Of a stretch of 64,000 nt of DNA, positions 50,985-61,411 are shown one piece after another. The notes under the pieces were generated by a model that worked only from the letters and a program-made list of their open reading frames with translations, was not told where the DNA came from and did not search any database. Source of the stretch: Pelagibacterales bacterium SAG-MED49. Lineage in GTDB: Bacteria > Pseudomonadota > Alphaproteobacteria > Pelagibacterales > Pelagibacteraceae. How positions within the stretch are numbered: position 1 is the first letter of the stretch; the number at the start of each line of letters is the position of its first letter. The translations under genes and the position numbers were made by a program. The stretch lies in assembly GCA_014653365.1 (NCBI GenBank), contig JACWEQ010000004.1, positions 40,997 through 104,996 on the forward strand, given 5' to 3'.

Positions 50985-51059
50985 TGGCGGTCCCTGGGGG
51001 AATCGAACCCCCCTTTGCAGGATGAAAACCAGCTGTCCTAACCGATAGACGAAGGGACC
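50985..51059 (-). tRNA. tRNA-Glu (TTC)
   Basis: GGTCCCT/AGGGACC acceptor, loop TTTTCAT, GGTTCGATTCC, encoded CCA. Confidence 0.95.
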
Positions 51060-51109
51060 ATTGTGAGGTCTTTTATTTTAAAAAATAATATAATTCAAGC
51101 CAAATTAAT

Positions 51110-52804
51110 CTATAGAACTAAATCCTTAATATTTAATTGAATACTTTTTTTGTTATTCCAAATATTTTCATTAATTTCAGCAACTATATTAATATTCTTT
51201 TTATAAGATAATAGATATTCACCTATTTGTGTGTTCATACAATTGAAACATATAGACTTAAGTGATGAACCAATATTTGGTTTAACTATTGCTGAGATAT
51301 GTTTTTTATTTATTATGCTTGATTTAATTATTTTAACATTTCTTATCATAAATATTGGCATGAAGTTATGATTACCAAAAGGTCCTAATTTGTTAATTTC
51401 ATCCATAAATTTAATATTAATTGTTGATGCGGATACCTCAGATTCATATTTATAAGATAAATTAGTATTTAAAATTTTAAAACTATAATCTTTTTGAATA
51501 AACTCATTTAAAGATTTAAGTTTATTTTTTTTAATTGAAAAACCTGCGGCCATATTATGACCACCACCATTTTCAATTATCTTTTTATCAATTAAAGATT
51601 TAATTAAGTTACCAATATTATAATTAGAAGTTGATCTTGCTGATGCTTTTAAAATATTATTTGATTTAGTGATTACGATTGAAGGTTTATTAAAATAATC
51701 TTTTAATCTTGCAGCAATAATACCAATTAAACCCTCATTTAAATTTGCATTATAATAAATTATAACATTTTGATCTTTTTTATTTATTTTTTCATAATCA
51801 ATTTTATCTAATATATCTCGTTCTAATAATTTTCTTTTTTCATTAAGTTTAATTAATTCAATAGATCTTTTTTGAATTAATTTAAAATTATTGGTAGTCA
51901 ATAATTCTACACCATAATTAGAAAAACCGAGTCTACCACCTGAATTTATAATCGGACCAATTAGATAACCCAAATCATCAATCGTTAGTTTTTTATTCAA
52001 ACTTAATTGATCAAATATAAACTTGAATACTTCATTATCATTTATCTTAAAATTTTTGATAACGTTTGATGCTATGATTTTATTAATTTTTCTTAAGGGC
52101 ATAACATCACAAACAGTTGCAAGCAAAACTAATATTAAATAATTATTAATTTTGAAATCAGAACCTATATTTTTAATTAAGTAATCTAAAAAAAAATAAG
52201 TCAAACTAGTTGCACAAAGATAACTTTCTTCGTTACGAGTAATATTCTTTTTAGGATTTATAATTACATTTGAGATTGGATAAGGTTTATTGATTTCGTG
52301 ATGATCGATTATTATCGATTTAATTTTATTTTGATTAAGAAAATCTATTGCATCGTTTGAAGTCGATCCACAATCAACCATTATTACTAACTTTGGTTGA
52401 TTTAAAATGAGCTTTTGAAAAAGTCTTTTAGTAGCTCCGTAACCATCTTTTACTCTATCGGGTATATAATAAAAGTGTGGTTGTTTAATATAATTAAAAT
52501 ATCTGACTAGTAATGAAGTTGCTGCTGTTCCATCAGCATCATAATCACCCAGAATACATATTTTTTCATTATTTTTAATAGAATTAATTAGTATTTTTGA
52601 AGCTTCTTTAAAATCATTATTATTTTTAAAAATATTTATAATTTTTAAATCATTATTTATGTTGTTAATTTCATCTTCATCAAAATTTCTTGAAACGATT
52701 AATTTTGATAAAATTTCGTTAAACTTGTAATCTAGTTTAATTTTTTCAACTGAATTTTTATTTACTTTACGTTCGATCCAATTTTTACCGGAGACAGAAA
52801 TCAT
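51110..52804 (-). CDS. recJ: ssDNA exonuclease RecJ
   Basis: GDYDADG, DGYG, VDCG, IDHH, GGGHNMAAG. Confidence 0.95.
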   Translation of the reverse strand: MISVSGKNWIERKVNKNSVEKIKLDYKFNEILSKLIVSRNFDEDEINNINNDLKIINIFKNNNDFKEASKILINSIKNNEKICILGDYDADGTAATSLLVRYFNYIKQPHFYYIPDRVKDGYGATKRLFQKLILNQPKLVIMVDCGSTSNDAIDFLNQNKIKSIIIDHHEINKPYPISNVIINPKKNITRNEESYLCATSLTYFFLDYLIKNIGSDFKINNYLILVLLATVCDVMPLRKINKIIASNVIKNFKINDNEVFKFIFDQLSLNKKLTIDDLGYLIGPIINSGGRLGFSNYGVELLTTNNFKLIQKRSIELIKLNEKRKLLERDILDKIDYEKINKKDQNVIIYYNANLNEGLIGIIAARLKDYFNKPSIVITKSNNILKASARSTSNYNIGNLIKSLIDKKIIENGGGHNMAAGFSIKKNKLKSLNEFIQKDYSFKILNTNLSYKYESEVSASTINIKFMDEINKLGPFGNHNFMPIFMIRNVKIIKSSIINKKHISAIVKPNIGSSLKSICFNCMNTQIGEYLLSYKKNINIVAEINENIWNNKKSIQLNIKDLVL

Positions 52805-53751
52805 TCATTAATTGAATTAACATTTTTGACTAACTGCTTGTAATTTGTGTTTTTATGCGTAATTAAAGTTTCTGAAATGTATTTATCTTGATCAATAGTA
52901 ATGCCTTTAATAAAAATACTATCTGTAATTCCTGTTGCACAGAAAATTGAGTCTCCTTTAACTATTTCATTCAATTCATATTTCTTATCTAAATCTTTAA
53001 TACCCATAGAGTTAGCTTGTTGAATATCTTTTTCATTATCAAAAATAAATCTACCTTGAAAATGACATTCATATGAATCAAGTGCTGACGCTGTTAGAAC
53101 TCCTTCTGGACCACCTCCTATACCCATGTACATATCTACATTATATTTTCGATCTGACACATATAGGGCTCCCAAAACATCTCCGTCTGTAATTAATTTA
53201 ATGTTTACATTTAAGTCTTTTAATTCATCAATAATTTTTTTGTGTCTAGGTCTATCTAATATACAAACTGTTAATGATGAAATATCTTTATTTTTAAATG
53301 CAGATAAATTTTTGATATTTTTTTTTAAAGGATAGTCTAAATCAATTAACCCTTTTTCGATTTTTCCTGTTGCTATCTTATCCATATAAGTCTCTGGTGC
53401 GTTGAATAAATTTCCTTTTTCTGCTATGGCCAAAACAGTTAATCCTCCAGGTAAGTTATTTGCCACAAAATTAGTTCCTTCGACTGGATCTACAGCTATA
53501 TCAAAATTTGGTCCATTTTTAGTACCAAGAATTTCTCCAGTGTAAAGCATGGGAGCTTCGTCTAAACTACCCTCACCTATAACCACTTCACCAGTCATAT
53601 CTATCTTATTTAATTCTGATCTCATTGAGTCTACTGCAGCTTTATCAGCTGCTATTTTATCTTTCTTACCTATATAAAATGATGATGCATAAGCTGCTCT
53701 TGAGGTTACTTTAATGAATTGATCAATAAATTTTTTATCTATTGCCATCAA
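52801..53751 (-). CDS. glpX: Class II fructose-1,6-bisphosphatase
   Basis: VIGEG.LDEAPML, DIAVDPVEGT, LDRPRH, GGGPEGV. Confidence 0.96.
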   Translation of the reverse strand: MMAIDKKFIDQFIKVTSRAAYASSFYIGKKDKIAADKAAVDSMRSELNKIDMTGEVVIGEGSLDEAPMLYTGEILGTKNGPNFDIAVDPVEGTNFVANNLPGGLTVLAIAEKGNLFNAPETYMDKIATGKIEKGLIDLDYPLKKNIKNLSAFKNKDISSLTVCILDRPRHKKIIDELKDLNVNIKLITDGDVLGALYVSDRKYNVDMYMGIGGGPEGVLTASALDSYECHFQGRFIFDNEKDIQQANSMGIKDLDKKYELNEIVKGDSIFCATGITDSIFIKGITIDQDKYISETLITHKNTNYKQLVKNVNSINE

Positions 53752-54740
53752 ATTTTTTCATCAATTAATTCTTTTTCAATTATTTGAGATTCAAATTCTC
53801 TTAATCTTTTATAAACACTGGCTAGTTCAATGATTGTAGGCCATGATTTTAATAGATATTGCATAGACCCTTCTACCCTTCCAAAAGCTCTTATAATCTG
53901 CTGCATAACCCCTAAAGTAACAACACCAGCTACAATTGCTGGTGCTAAAAAAACATAGGCAGACAATACATTAGCTTGCAAATAAGCCATTCTACCAATA
54001 TTAAAATATAAATAGCGCACATAACTTAAAAAGTGAATTGAACGAACATCTGAAAATAATTCGTCAATTGTTTTTGGTCTAACACTTTGGTTATCTTCGG
54101 CTATTACTAATATTTTTCTATATGCAGCCTCTTTTTTTTGGAGGTCATATTCAACACCAACTAATCTTAATAACCAGCCTAATCCAATTAAGAATATCGT
54201 TCCTCCAAGTGTCCAAAGTAATGCTCCTGTAATTAAACCATATTGCCAATCTCCAAAAAAGAAAATTGGAATACCAATAGATAATCCAAGTAAAATTGGA
54301 ACAAATTGAAATAGTACCATTACTGACTCAATAAAACTGGTACCAAGACCTTCCATAATACGCGTAAATTTAATTGTGTCTTCTTGAACTCTTTGAGATG
54401 CACCTTCTATATTTCCAGCTTTATCATAAACACTATGATACCATTCAACCATCGCTGTTCTCCATCTGAATAAATAGTGAGCTGTAAAAAAACTAATAGC
54501 TACATAAAGAGCAATATACATGCCCGCTAATGTGATAAATGATGCTAAACTTGACCAATACTCTTCAATTGATATTGCATTAGGTGAAGCAAGAGCTTTT
54601 TGTATCATGTCGTAAAATACACCAAACCATTCATTAATTTTTACATCAATCTTAACTTGTACCCACAAAGATGATAAAATAATTAGAGACCCTAACCATG
54701 ACCACACAAACCATTTTTTTATTTTAAAAAATCTAAACAT
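53748..54740 (-). CDS. SbmA/BacA-like peptide transporter
   Basis: FYDMIQKAL, FRWRTAM, IEGASQRVQEDT, EAAYRK, YKRLREFE. Confidence 0.9.
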   Translation of the reverse strand: MFRFFKIKKWFVWSWLGSLIILSSLWVQVKIDVKINEWFGVFYDMIQKALASPNAISIEEYWSSLASFITLAGMYIALYVAISFFTAHYLFRWRTAMVEWYHSVYDKAGNIEGASQRVQEDTIKFTRIMEGLGTSFIESVMVLFQFVPILLGLSIGIPIFFFGDWQYGLITGALLWTLGGTIFLIGLGWLLRLVGVEYDLQKKEAAYRKILVIAEDNQSVRPKTIDELFSDVRSIHFLSYVRYLYFNIGRMAYLQANVLSAYVFLAPAIVAGVVTLGVMQQIIRAFGRVEGSMQYLLKSWPTIIELASVYKRLREFESQIIEKELIDEKI

Positions 54741-54743
54741 AGT

Positions 54744-55025
54744 TTATTTTAAAAAGTTATCAGCATAAGATTTTTTAACAGTTTTTCTTTTTTTCGGTTC
54801 AATTAAATCATAATCAATTTTCTTTTTTTTTGCATAATTTATTGCTAATTCTTTAGATGAAAACTCAAGCTTGAGTTCAGTCAATGTATCAGTAGAACTT
54901 TCCCAACCCATTAAAGGATTTTTTGTAGGATCTTTAGTTTTAAATTCTAAAACCCATTTATTATTTTTTGCAATACCTGACTGCATAGGGTTTTTATTTG
55001 GAATATAAATTATTGCTTTAATCAT
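54744..55025 (-). CDS. ETC complex I subunit (NDUFS4/NUYM homolog)
   Basis: MQSG, NPLMGWESS.D, SYADNF. Confidence 0.92.
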   Translation of the reverse strand: MIKAIIYIPNKNPMQSGIAKNNKWVLEFKTKDPTKNPLMGWESSTDTLTELKLEFSSKELAINYAKKKKIDYDLIEPKKRKTVKKSYADNFLK

Positions 55026-55031
55026 AAATGC

Positions 55032-55108
<77 letters not shown>

Positions 55109-55200
55109 ATCCGAGTACTATTACAGTACATTTTAATTATTTAAAAGGATAAAGATAAGCAAATTAAAGTAATTTTTATAGAATCTGATATATAAAGATT

Positions 55201-55692
55201 ATGATTATTGAGTGCATAAATTGTAATAAAAAATTCACTGTTGACGCTGATCTAATTCCAAAGCAAGGAAGACAAATTCAATGTGGATCGTGCAAGCATA
55301 TTTGGCATTTTAAAATAGAAAGCTCTTTAAAAGAACCTTTAATTCTTGAAGATGAAGATAATCAAATAAATTTATCAATAGCAAAAGATACAAAAGAAAT
55401 TACAGAGAGTATAAACTTAGAAAAATCAACAGAATTAGTAAAAGATAATGAAATTTATAAAGATAATAAAATTCAAGAAAATGCAATAACAGAAAATAAT
55501 ATTAAAATTTCAAAAATAAGTGATTTTTTTTCATATTTGTTAGTTTTTCTTATTTCTTTTGTCGCATTAATAATTTTATTAGATACGCTAAAATCTCCTC
55601 TAATAAATGTTTTTCCTGGATTAGAAATTATTTTATTCAATCTTTTTGAAACATTGAAAGATGTAAAATTATTTATTATTGATTTAACCTAA
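55201..55692 (+). CDS. Zinc-ribbon (MJ0042-type) membrane-anchored protein
   Basis: CINC...GRQIQCGSCKHIW and C-terminal TM helix. Confidence 0.8.
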   Translation: MIIECINCNKKFTVDADLIPKQGRQIQCGSCKHIWHFKIESSLKEPLILEDEDNQINLSIAKDTKEITESINLEKSTELVKDNEIYKDNKIQENAITENNIKISKISDFFSYLLVFLISFVALIILLDTLKSPLINVFPGLEIILFNLFETLKDVKLFIIDLT

Positions 55693-55698
55693 TTTATT

Positions 55699-56871
55699 AT
55701 GATTAATTACTTATCAAAACCTTTTAAATGGTTTTTTAAACTTGAAGCAGCTAGTGGATTAATACTTTTAATAGCTGCTATATTTGCACTATTAATCAGT
55801 AATAGTGATTTTAGTGAAATATACTTTCATAGTTTAGAAAAGTATTTATTTATTGGAATTAATGAATTTGGATTAAAACTTTCTGTACATCATTGGATTA
55901 ATGATGCTTTAATGGCAATATTTTTCTTTTTTGTTACCTTGGAAATTAAAAGGGAGTTTATTCAAGGTGAGTTATCTAATATCAAACAAGCAATGCTTCC
56001 TATCATTGCAGCTGTAGGAGGTATGTTGGTGCCTGCCCTTTTTTATGTTTTTATTAATTGGGGAAATTCAGAAACTATGAATGGTTGGGCAATACCATCA
56101 GCAACTGATATTGCATTTTCTTTAGGTATATTATCTTTGTTAGGCTCAAGAGTTCCAATATCATTAAAAGTTTTTTTAACAGCATTAGCTATTATAGATG
56201 ACCTTGGTGCCATATTAATAATAGCCTTTTTTTATTCAGGAGATTTAAGCATACCATATCTGAGTCTTATTTTGTTAAGCTATATACTGCTTTTAATTTT
56301 AAATAAATTTTCAGTTAAGATCTTTATACCATATTTAATTATTGGTTTATTCATGTGGTATTTTACATATAAATCAGGAATTCATGCAACTATAGCCGGT
56401 GTATTGTTAGCAACAACAATACCTCACAGATTAAAAGATAGAGATTTTTCTTTGCTAGTTAAAATAGAACATGCAATTTCACCATATGTAGCATTTATGA
56501 TAATGCCATTATTTGCATTTGCTAATGCTGGAGTTAATTTAGAAGGTTTATCTCTATCTAGTTTATTAGCACCGGTTCCACTTGGAATATTATCTGGATT
56601 ATTTTTCGGTAAACAAATTGGTGTATTATTATTTTCATATGTATCAATTAAATTAAAATTTGCAGAAGCTCCTAATAATTCAAATTGGTTAAGTATTTAC
56701 GGTGTATCTGTATTAACAGGTATTGGATTTACAATGAGCTTATTTGTTGGAAATTTAGCATTTGCAGATAACACACAATATATTGATGGAGTTAAAATTG
56801 GAGTTTTAACAGGATCTTTATTGTCTACAGTATTTGGGTATTTGCTCTTATTAATGTCCGCTAAAAAATAA
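55699..56871 (+). CDS. nhaA: Na+/H+ antiporter NhaA
   Basis: WINDALM, ATDIAF, LAIIDD, GKQIG, GIGFTMS. Confidence 0.97.
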   Translation: MINYLSKPFKWFFKLEAASGLILLIAAIFALLISNSDFSEIYFHSLEKYLFIGINEFGLKLSVHHWINDALMAIFFFFVTLEIKREFIQGELSNIKQAMLPIIAAVGGMLVPALFYVFINWGNSETMNGWAIPSATDIAFSLGILSLLGSRVPISLKVFLTALAIIDDLGAILIIAFFYSGDLSIPYLSLILLSYILLLILNKFSVKIFIPYLIIGLFMWYFTYKSGIHATIAGVLLATTIPHRLKDRDFSLLVKIEHAISPYVAFMIMPLFAFANAGVNLEGLSLSSLLAPVPLGILSGLFFGKQIGVLLFSYVSIKLKFAEAPNNSNWLSIYGVSVLTGIGFTMSLFVGNLAFADNTQYIDGVKIGVLTGSLLSTVFGYLLLLMSAKK

Positions 56872-57423
56872 ATGTCTAAACAAAAAGCTATTATCTATAT
56901 AATAATTATAATGTTTTCATTTTTTAATAAAACTATGTCAAATAATACTGAAACTTTTTTTGATTTAAATGTAAATTCAATTAGTGGAGATGTTTTAAAT
57001 TTGTCTAAATTAAAAGGAAAAACAATTCTTCTAGTAAATGTTGCAAGTAACTGTGGTTTTACAAAACAATATGATGATCTTCAAAATTTATATGATAGCT
57101 ATAAAAGTAAAGGCTTAATTGTTATAGGGATGCCTTCAAATCAATTTGGAGGTCAGGAGCCAGGCTCAGAAACTGAAATTAAAAAATTTTGTGAAACAAA
57201 TTTTAACATAACTTTCCAAATGACAAGTAAGTATGATGTTAAAGGAGATAATGCTCACCCTATATACATTTGGGCAAAAGAAACCTTTGGTAAATCTACC
57301 GTCCCAAAGTGGAATTTTCATAAAATATTGATTAATAAAGAGGGAAAAGTTGAGGATACATTTGCATCATTTACCAATCCTATGTCAAAAAAAATTATTA
57401 ATAAACTAGAAGAAATCTTATAA
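56872..57423 (+). CDS. Glutathione peroxidase-like peroxidase (Cys type)
   Basis: VNVASNCGFT, NQFGGQEPG, WNFHK. Confidence 0.93.
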   Translation: MSKQKAIIYIIIIMFSFFNKTMSNNTETFFDLNVNSISGDVLNLSKLKGKTILLVNVASNCGFTKQYDDLQNLYDSYKSKGLIVIGMPSNQFGGQEPGSETEIKKFCETNFNITFQMTSKYDVKGDNAHPIYIWAKETFGKSTVPKWNFHKILINKEGKVEDTFASFTNPMSKKIINKLEEIL

Positions 57424-58188
57424 AGTTAACGTTAATCCATCGTACGCTGGGGTCACATTTTTAGGTAATTTTTTTTTAATTTCTTTATAATCTATATCTG
57501 TATGAAGGTTTGTTAATATAGCTTTTTTTGGTTTAAATATTTTTATCATTTCTAAAGATTTTTCTAAGTTAAAATGTGAAGGATGGTACCTGTACCATAA
57601 ACAATCAATTATCAAATAATTTAAATTTTTGAAATATCTAAAATCTTTTTTAAAAATTTTACTTACATCACTGATATAGGCTAATTTATTACCTAAGATA
57701 TAACATATTGATTCAACATTCCCATGTTCAACTTTTATAGGTTTAATTTTTATAATCTTATTATTATCATTGATAAATAATTTTTTCTTAATATTATTTA
57801 ATTTTAGGGTAGCTGGATATTCTTTACTATAATTGTTAAAACAATATGAAAAAGTTTTTTTTAAATATTTAGATGTAATTATATCAGCAAATATATCTAT
57901 AGGCTTTTTGTTATTTATAAAAAAAGATCTAAGATCATTTATTCCATGTGTTTGGTCAGCATGCATATGAGAGTAAAAAACTTTATCGATTTTATTAATT
58001 TTTTGAGCTAACATTTGATACCTAAGATCCGGCGATGTATCAATTAAAATATTTTCTTGATCAGTTTTTATTAATGCTGAACATCTAGTTCTATAATTTT
58101 TTTTATCTTTTGGATCACAATTACCAAAATAACCGTCTGGTCTTGGCACACCCATTGAACTACCACATCCTAAAATAATAAATTTCAT
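57418..58188 (-). CDS. MBL-fold hydrolase (PhnP/YcfH-adjacent type)
   Basis: LGCGSSMGVP, IDTSPDLR, SHMHADQTHG, AYDG. Confidence 0.9.
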   Translation of the reverse strand: MKFIILGCGSSMGVPRPDGYFGNCDPKDKKNYRTRCSALIKTDQENILIDTSPDLRYQMLAQKINKIDKVFYSHMHADQTHGINDLRSFFINNKKPIDIFADIITSKYLKKTFSYCFNNYSKEYPATLKLNNIKKKLFINDNNKIIKIKPIKVEHGNVESICYILGNKLAYISDVSKIFKKDFRYFKNLNYLIIDCLWYRYHPSHFNLEKSLEMIKIFKPKKAILTNLHTDIDYKEIKKKLPKNVTPAYDGLTLTL

Positions 58189-58193
58189 CTTAG

Positions 58194-58955
58194 TTAATTA
58201 AAAAAAAGTTTATTAAAGTTATTTGTAGTAGAATTAATAATATCTATTTTTGAAATATTTTTGATATCTGCTAATTTTTGTGCCGTATAATCGATAAAGG
58301 ATGGCTCATTTTTTTTACCTCTATTTGGAACAGGTGCTAAAAAAGGGCTATCTGTTTCAATTAAAATTTTATTTAAAGGTAAAAATTTAAAAGTTTCTTG
58401 TAAATCTTGAGCATTTTTAAAAGTTATAATTCCACTTGCAGAAAAATAAGCATTTAGAGTTAAAAGTTTTTCAGCAAATACTTTTGTTCCAGTAAAACAA
58501 TGCATTAATATTTTAAGATTTTTACCTTTATATTCATTTAAAATTTCAAAAGTTTCATTTTCAGCATCTCTTGAGTGAATTATTAAAGGTTTATCACTTC
58601 GGATGGCAGCCTCTATGTGTTCTCTAAAGCTGCTTATTTGATTAACTTTATCGCTATTATTGTAAAAAAAATCTAATCCAGTCTCTCCTATTCCTATTAT
58701 TTTTGGATTATTATCTAAATTCATTAAAATAAAATCTGAAGTAATTTTATCTGCTGTTGTTTCATGTGGATGTATACCAATTGTTCCATATATCATTTCA
58801 TCTTCATTTACTATTTTAGCAACTCTTCTAAAACTTTCGTAAGATGTTGAAATAGTTAATAGTTTTTTAATACCAATATCTTTTGATCGTTTAATTATAT
58901 TTGTTAAATCACTCAGTAAAGGCTCATGATCTAGATGGCAGTGGGAATCAATCAT
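58194..58955 (-). CDS. tatD: TatD family DNase
   Basis: DSHCH, GIHPH, GETGLD, HCF, ETDSPFL. Confidence 0.95.
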   Translation of the reverse strand: MIDSHCHLDHEPLLSDLTNIIKRSKDIGIKKLLTISTSYESFRRVAKIVNEDEMIYGTIGIHPHETTADKITSDFILMNLDNNPKIIGIGETGLDFFYNNSDKVNQISSFREHIEAAIRSDKPLIIHSRDAENETFEILNEYKGKNLKILMHCFTGTKVFAEKLLTLNAYFSASGIITFKNAQDLQETFKFLPLNKILIETDSPFLAPVPNRGKKNEPSFIDYTAQKLADIKNISKIDIINSTTNNFNKLFFN

Positions 58956-60489
58956 TATTTTTTTCTATTTTCTTAAAAAGAATATCAATTTTATTTATTT
59001 TATTACCTTTGGTTAAAAATTCATTATTTTCAATTGTTGATAACATTATATCATTTTCGCTTAGATCAAATATTTTTAATGCCTTTAATGATGATTGTGG
59101 AATGATTGGAAATAGTAAAAAACTAATTTTTCTAACTATTTCTAAAGTTGTATAAACTATAGTATTTAATCTAGTTAGATCATCCTTTTTTTTCCATGGT
59201 TCTTGATCATTAAAATATTTATTGGCTTCAAATAATGAATTTACAATATATTCAATATAAAAATTAATTTCTTGATTATCAATTTTTTTTCTTATTTTCT
59301 CTAAATTATCTTTGTATTTGTTCAAAATTATAAGATCATCATTTTGAAACTCGATATCTTTAGGAACTAAACTATCACAATTCTTAATGGCAAAAGCTGT
59401 AACACGTTGACATAAATTGCCAAAATTATTTGCTAAATCACTATTAATACAATCTTCTAATCTTTCTTGAGATATATTTCCATCATTTCCAAATGAAACT
59501 TCTTTAATTAAATAATATCTCAATGGATCTAAACCATATTCTTTAATAATCTCAATTGGATCCAATATATTTCCTTTGGATTTTGACATTTTCTCATCTC
59601 CTGACAAGATCCATCCGTGACCATAAACTTTTAGCGGCAATTCTATTTTTGCAGCTAATAAAAAAGCAGGCCAATATACGGCATGAAATCTTAATATATC
59701 CTTACCAATTAAATGAATAGAGGCTGGCCAAAAATCTTTATATAATTTATCACTTTTATCAGGATAATTTAAAGCACTAATATAATTTGTAAGAGCATCT
59801 AGCCAGACATATATTACATGGTCTTTATCATTAGGAACTTTTATACCCCATGAAAAACTTTTTCTACTAACAGATAAATCTTTTAGTCCACCTTTAACAA
59901 AACTAACCACTTCATTTTTTCTAGATGATGGAGAAATAAAATCTGGATGATTATCATAATATTCAAGTAAAGGTTTTTCCCATTTAGATAATCGAAAAAA
60001 ATAAGATTCTTCTTCAATCCATTCCACAGATGATTTTGATAAAGTAGATCTTTTATTGCCATCAATTTCTTCAATTTCATCTTCTGTATAAAAAGCCTCA
60101 TCAGAAACAGAATACCAACCAGAATATTTTGATAAATAAATATCATCATTTTTCAAAAGTTCATTCCACAGATATTGTACTGTTTTTTTATGTCTATCTT
60201 CTGTAGTTCTTATAAAATCTGTGTTAGTTAAATTTAGTGTTTTAGAAAGATCGCGAAATGTTTCACTAATTTTGTCACAAAATTGTTTTGGGTCAACATT
60301 TTCTTTTTCTGCTGAACGTTGTATTTTTAAACCATGCTCGTCTGTTCCAGTTAAAAAATTTACCTGAAAACCATCAATTCTTTTAAATCTTGCAAAAAAA
60401 TCAGCTATAATACTCGAATAAGCATGACCCATATGTGGCTTAGCTGAAGGGTAGTAAATTGGTGTTGTGATATAGAATTTTTTATCCAT
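58948..60489 (-). CDS. metG: Methionine--tRNA ligase
   Basis: HMGH, GTDEHG, YVWLDAL, KMSKS. Confidence 0.97.
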   Translation of the reverse strand: MDKKFYITTPIYYPSAKPHMGHAYSSIIADFFARFKRIDGFQVNFLTGTDEHGLKIQRSAEKENVDPKQFCDKISETFRDLSKTLNLTNTDFIRTTEDRHKKTVQYLWNELLKNDDIYLSKYSGWYSVSDEAFYTEDEIEEIDGNKRSTLSKSSVEWIEEESYFFRLSKWEKPLLEYYDNHPDFISPSSRKNEVVSFVKGGLKDLSVSRKSFSWGIKVPNDKDHVIYVWLDALTNYISALNYPDKSDKLYKDFWPASIHLIGKDILRFHAVYWPAFLLAAKIELPLKVYGHGWILSGDEKMSKSKGNILDPIEIIKEYGLDPLRYYLIKEVSFGNDGNISQERLEDCINSDLANNFGNLCQRVTAFAIKNCDSLVPKDIEFQNDDLIILNKYKDNLEKIRKKIDNQEINFYIEYIVNSLFEANKYFNDQEPWKKKDDLTRLNTIVYTTLEIVRKISFLLFPIIPQSSLKALKIFDLSENDIMLSTIENNEFLTKGNKINKIDILFKKIEKNND

Positions 60490-61411
60490 TTAAAATGTTA
60501 TCTTCAATTTCCATAAATAAAGTTTCTTCATCTAAATTAAATGTTTTTGTATTCTCAATTTTTTTTAAAAAATAATTATACGAATTTATTAATTTTATAT
60601 TTGTAACAGAAACATTTTTTCTAAAATAAAATTCTATTAATGAATATATTAAATTTTTAATTGAGTTATTTTTTTTATATAATTTATCCATAATAATCTT
60701 TTTAATAAAACCTTTTAAATTTGTTTCAATTAAATCAATATCATTTTTACTAGCAAAATCGATTAAATTTAATATCTCACCTGGTGTACTATAATTATTA
60801 ACTAAATCTTCATTTAAAAATTCATTATAGTTATTATTTAAAATTTTATTAGCTATTTCAATTGATTGCTTAGATGTTAACTGAATTTTAAAATTTAAAC
60901 ATCTTGATTTTAATGTAGGTAATATTCTTTTATTATTATTAATTAAAATAAAGTTTATATTATCGTTTGGTTCTTCAAGAATTTTTAACAAAGCATTAAC
61001 AGCATTTATATTAACTAACTCAATATTATCAATTAATACAAATCTTGGTTTAGTATTAAAAGAAGATTTGTTTAATGTTAGAATTAAATTTCTAATTTGA
61101 CTGATATCAATATTTTTTTTTTCTTCCTGGATATCAACTAATATAAAATTAGGATTAGATTTATTTTGTACTAATTTAAATGATTTGTTGTCTGGAATAA
61201 TCTTTAAATTATCTAAATCATATGAAAAATCTTCATTTGAAGATAAAATATAATTAATGAGATGGTACGCTAAAGTGCATTTGCCAATTCCCTTTTCACC
61301 TGAAAATAAAATCTTATTTGGTAAATTGTTATTTTTGTAAAGGTTTATAAGTTTCTGAAATTCTTCTTTATGACTAAACAAATTTAATTGACTTGAAGGT
61401 TCTAAGTTCAT
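60482..61411 (-). CDS. holB: DNA polymerase III delta' subunit
   Basis: GEKGIGK, NALLKILEEP, TLKSRC; position after tmk. Confidence 0.9.
   Translation of the reverse strand: MNLEPSSQLNLFSHKEEFQKLINLYKNNNLPNKILFSGEKGIGKCTLAYHLINYILSSNEDFSYDLDNLKIIPDNKSFKLVQNKSNPNFILVDIQEEKKNIDISQIRNLILTLNKSSFNTKPRFVLIDNIELVNINAVNALLKILEEPNDNINFILINNNKRILPTLKSRCLNFKIQLTSKQSIEIANKILNNNYNEFLNEDLVNNYSTPGEILNLIDFASKNDIDLIETNLKGFIKKIIMDKLYKKNNSIKNLIYSLIEFYFRKNVSVTNIKLINSYNYFLKKIENTKTFNLDEETLFMEIEDNILNG

Noticed and set aside
42595-51059. Prophage or tRNA-Glu-anchored integrative element using the recombinase as integrase
   Set aside because: No phage, replication or transfer genes. I found no duplicate of the tRNA-Glu 3' end, and the recombinase is about 5.6 kb from the tRNA. 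Not fully excluded.
56872-57423. Selenocysteine in the glutathione peroxidase
   Set aside because: Active-site codon is TGT (Cys); no in-frame TGA.
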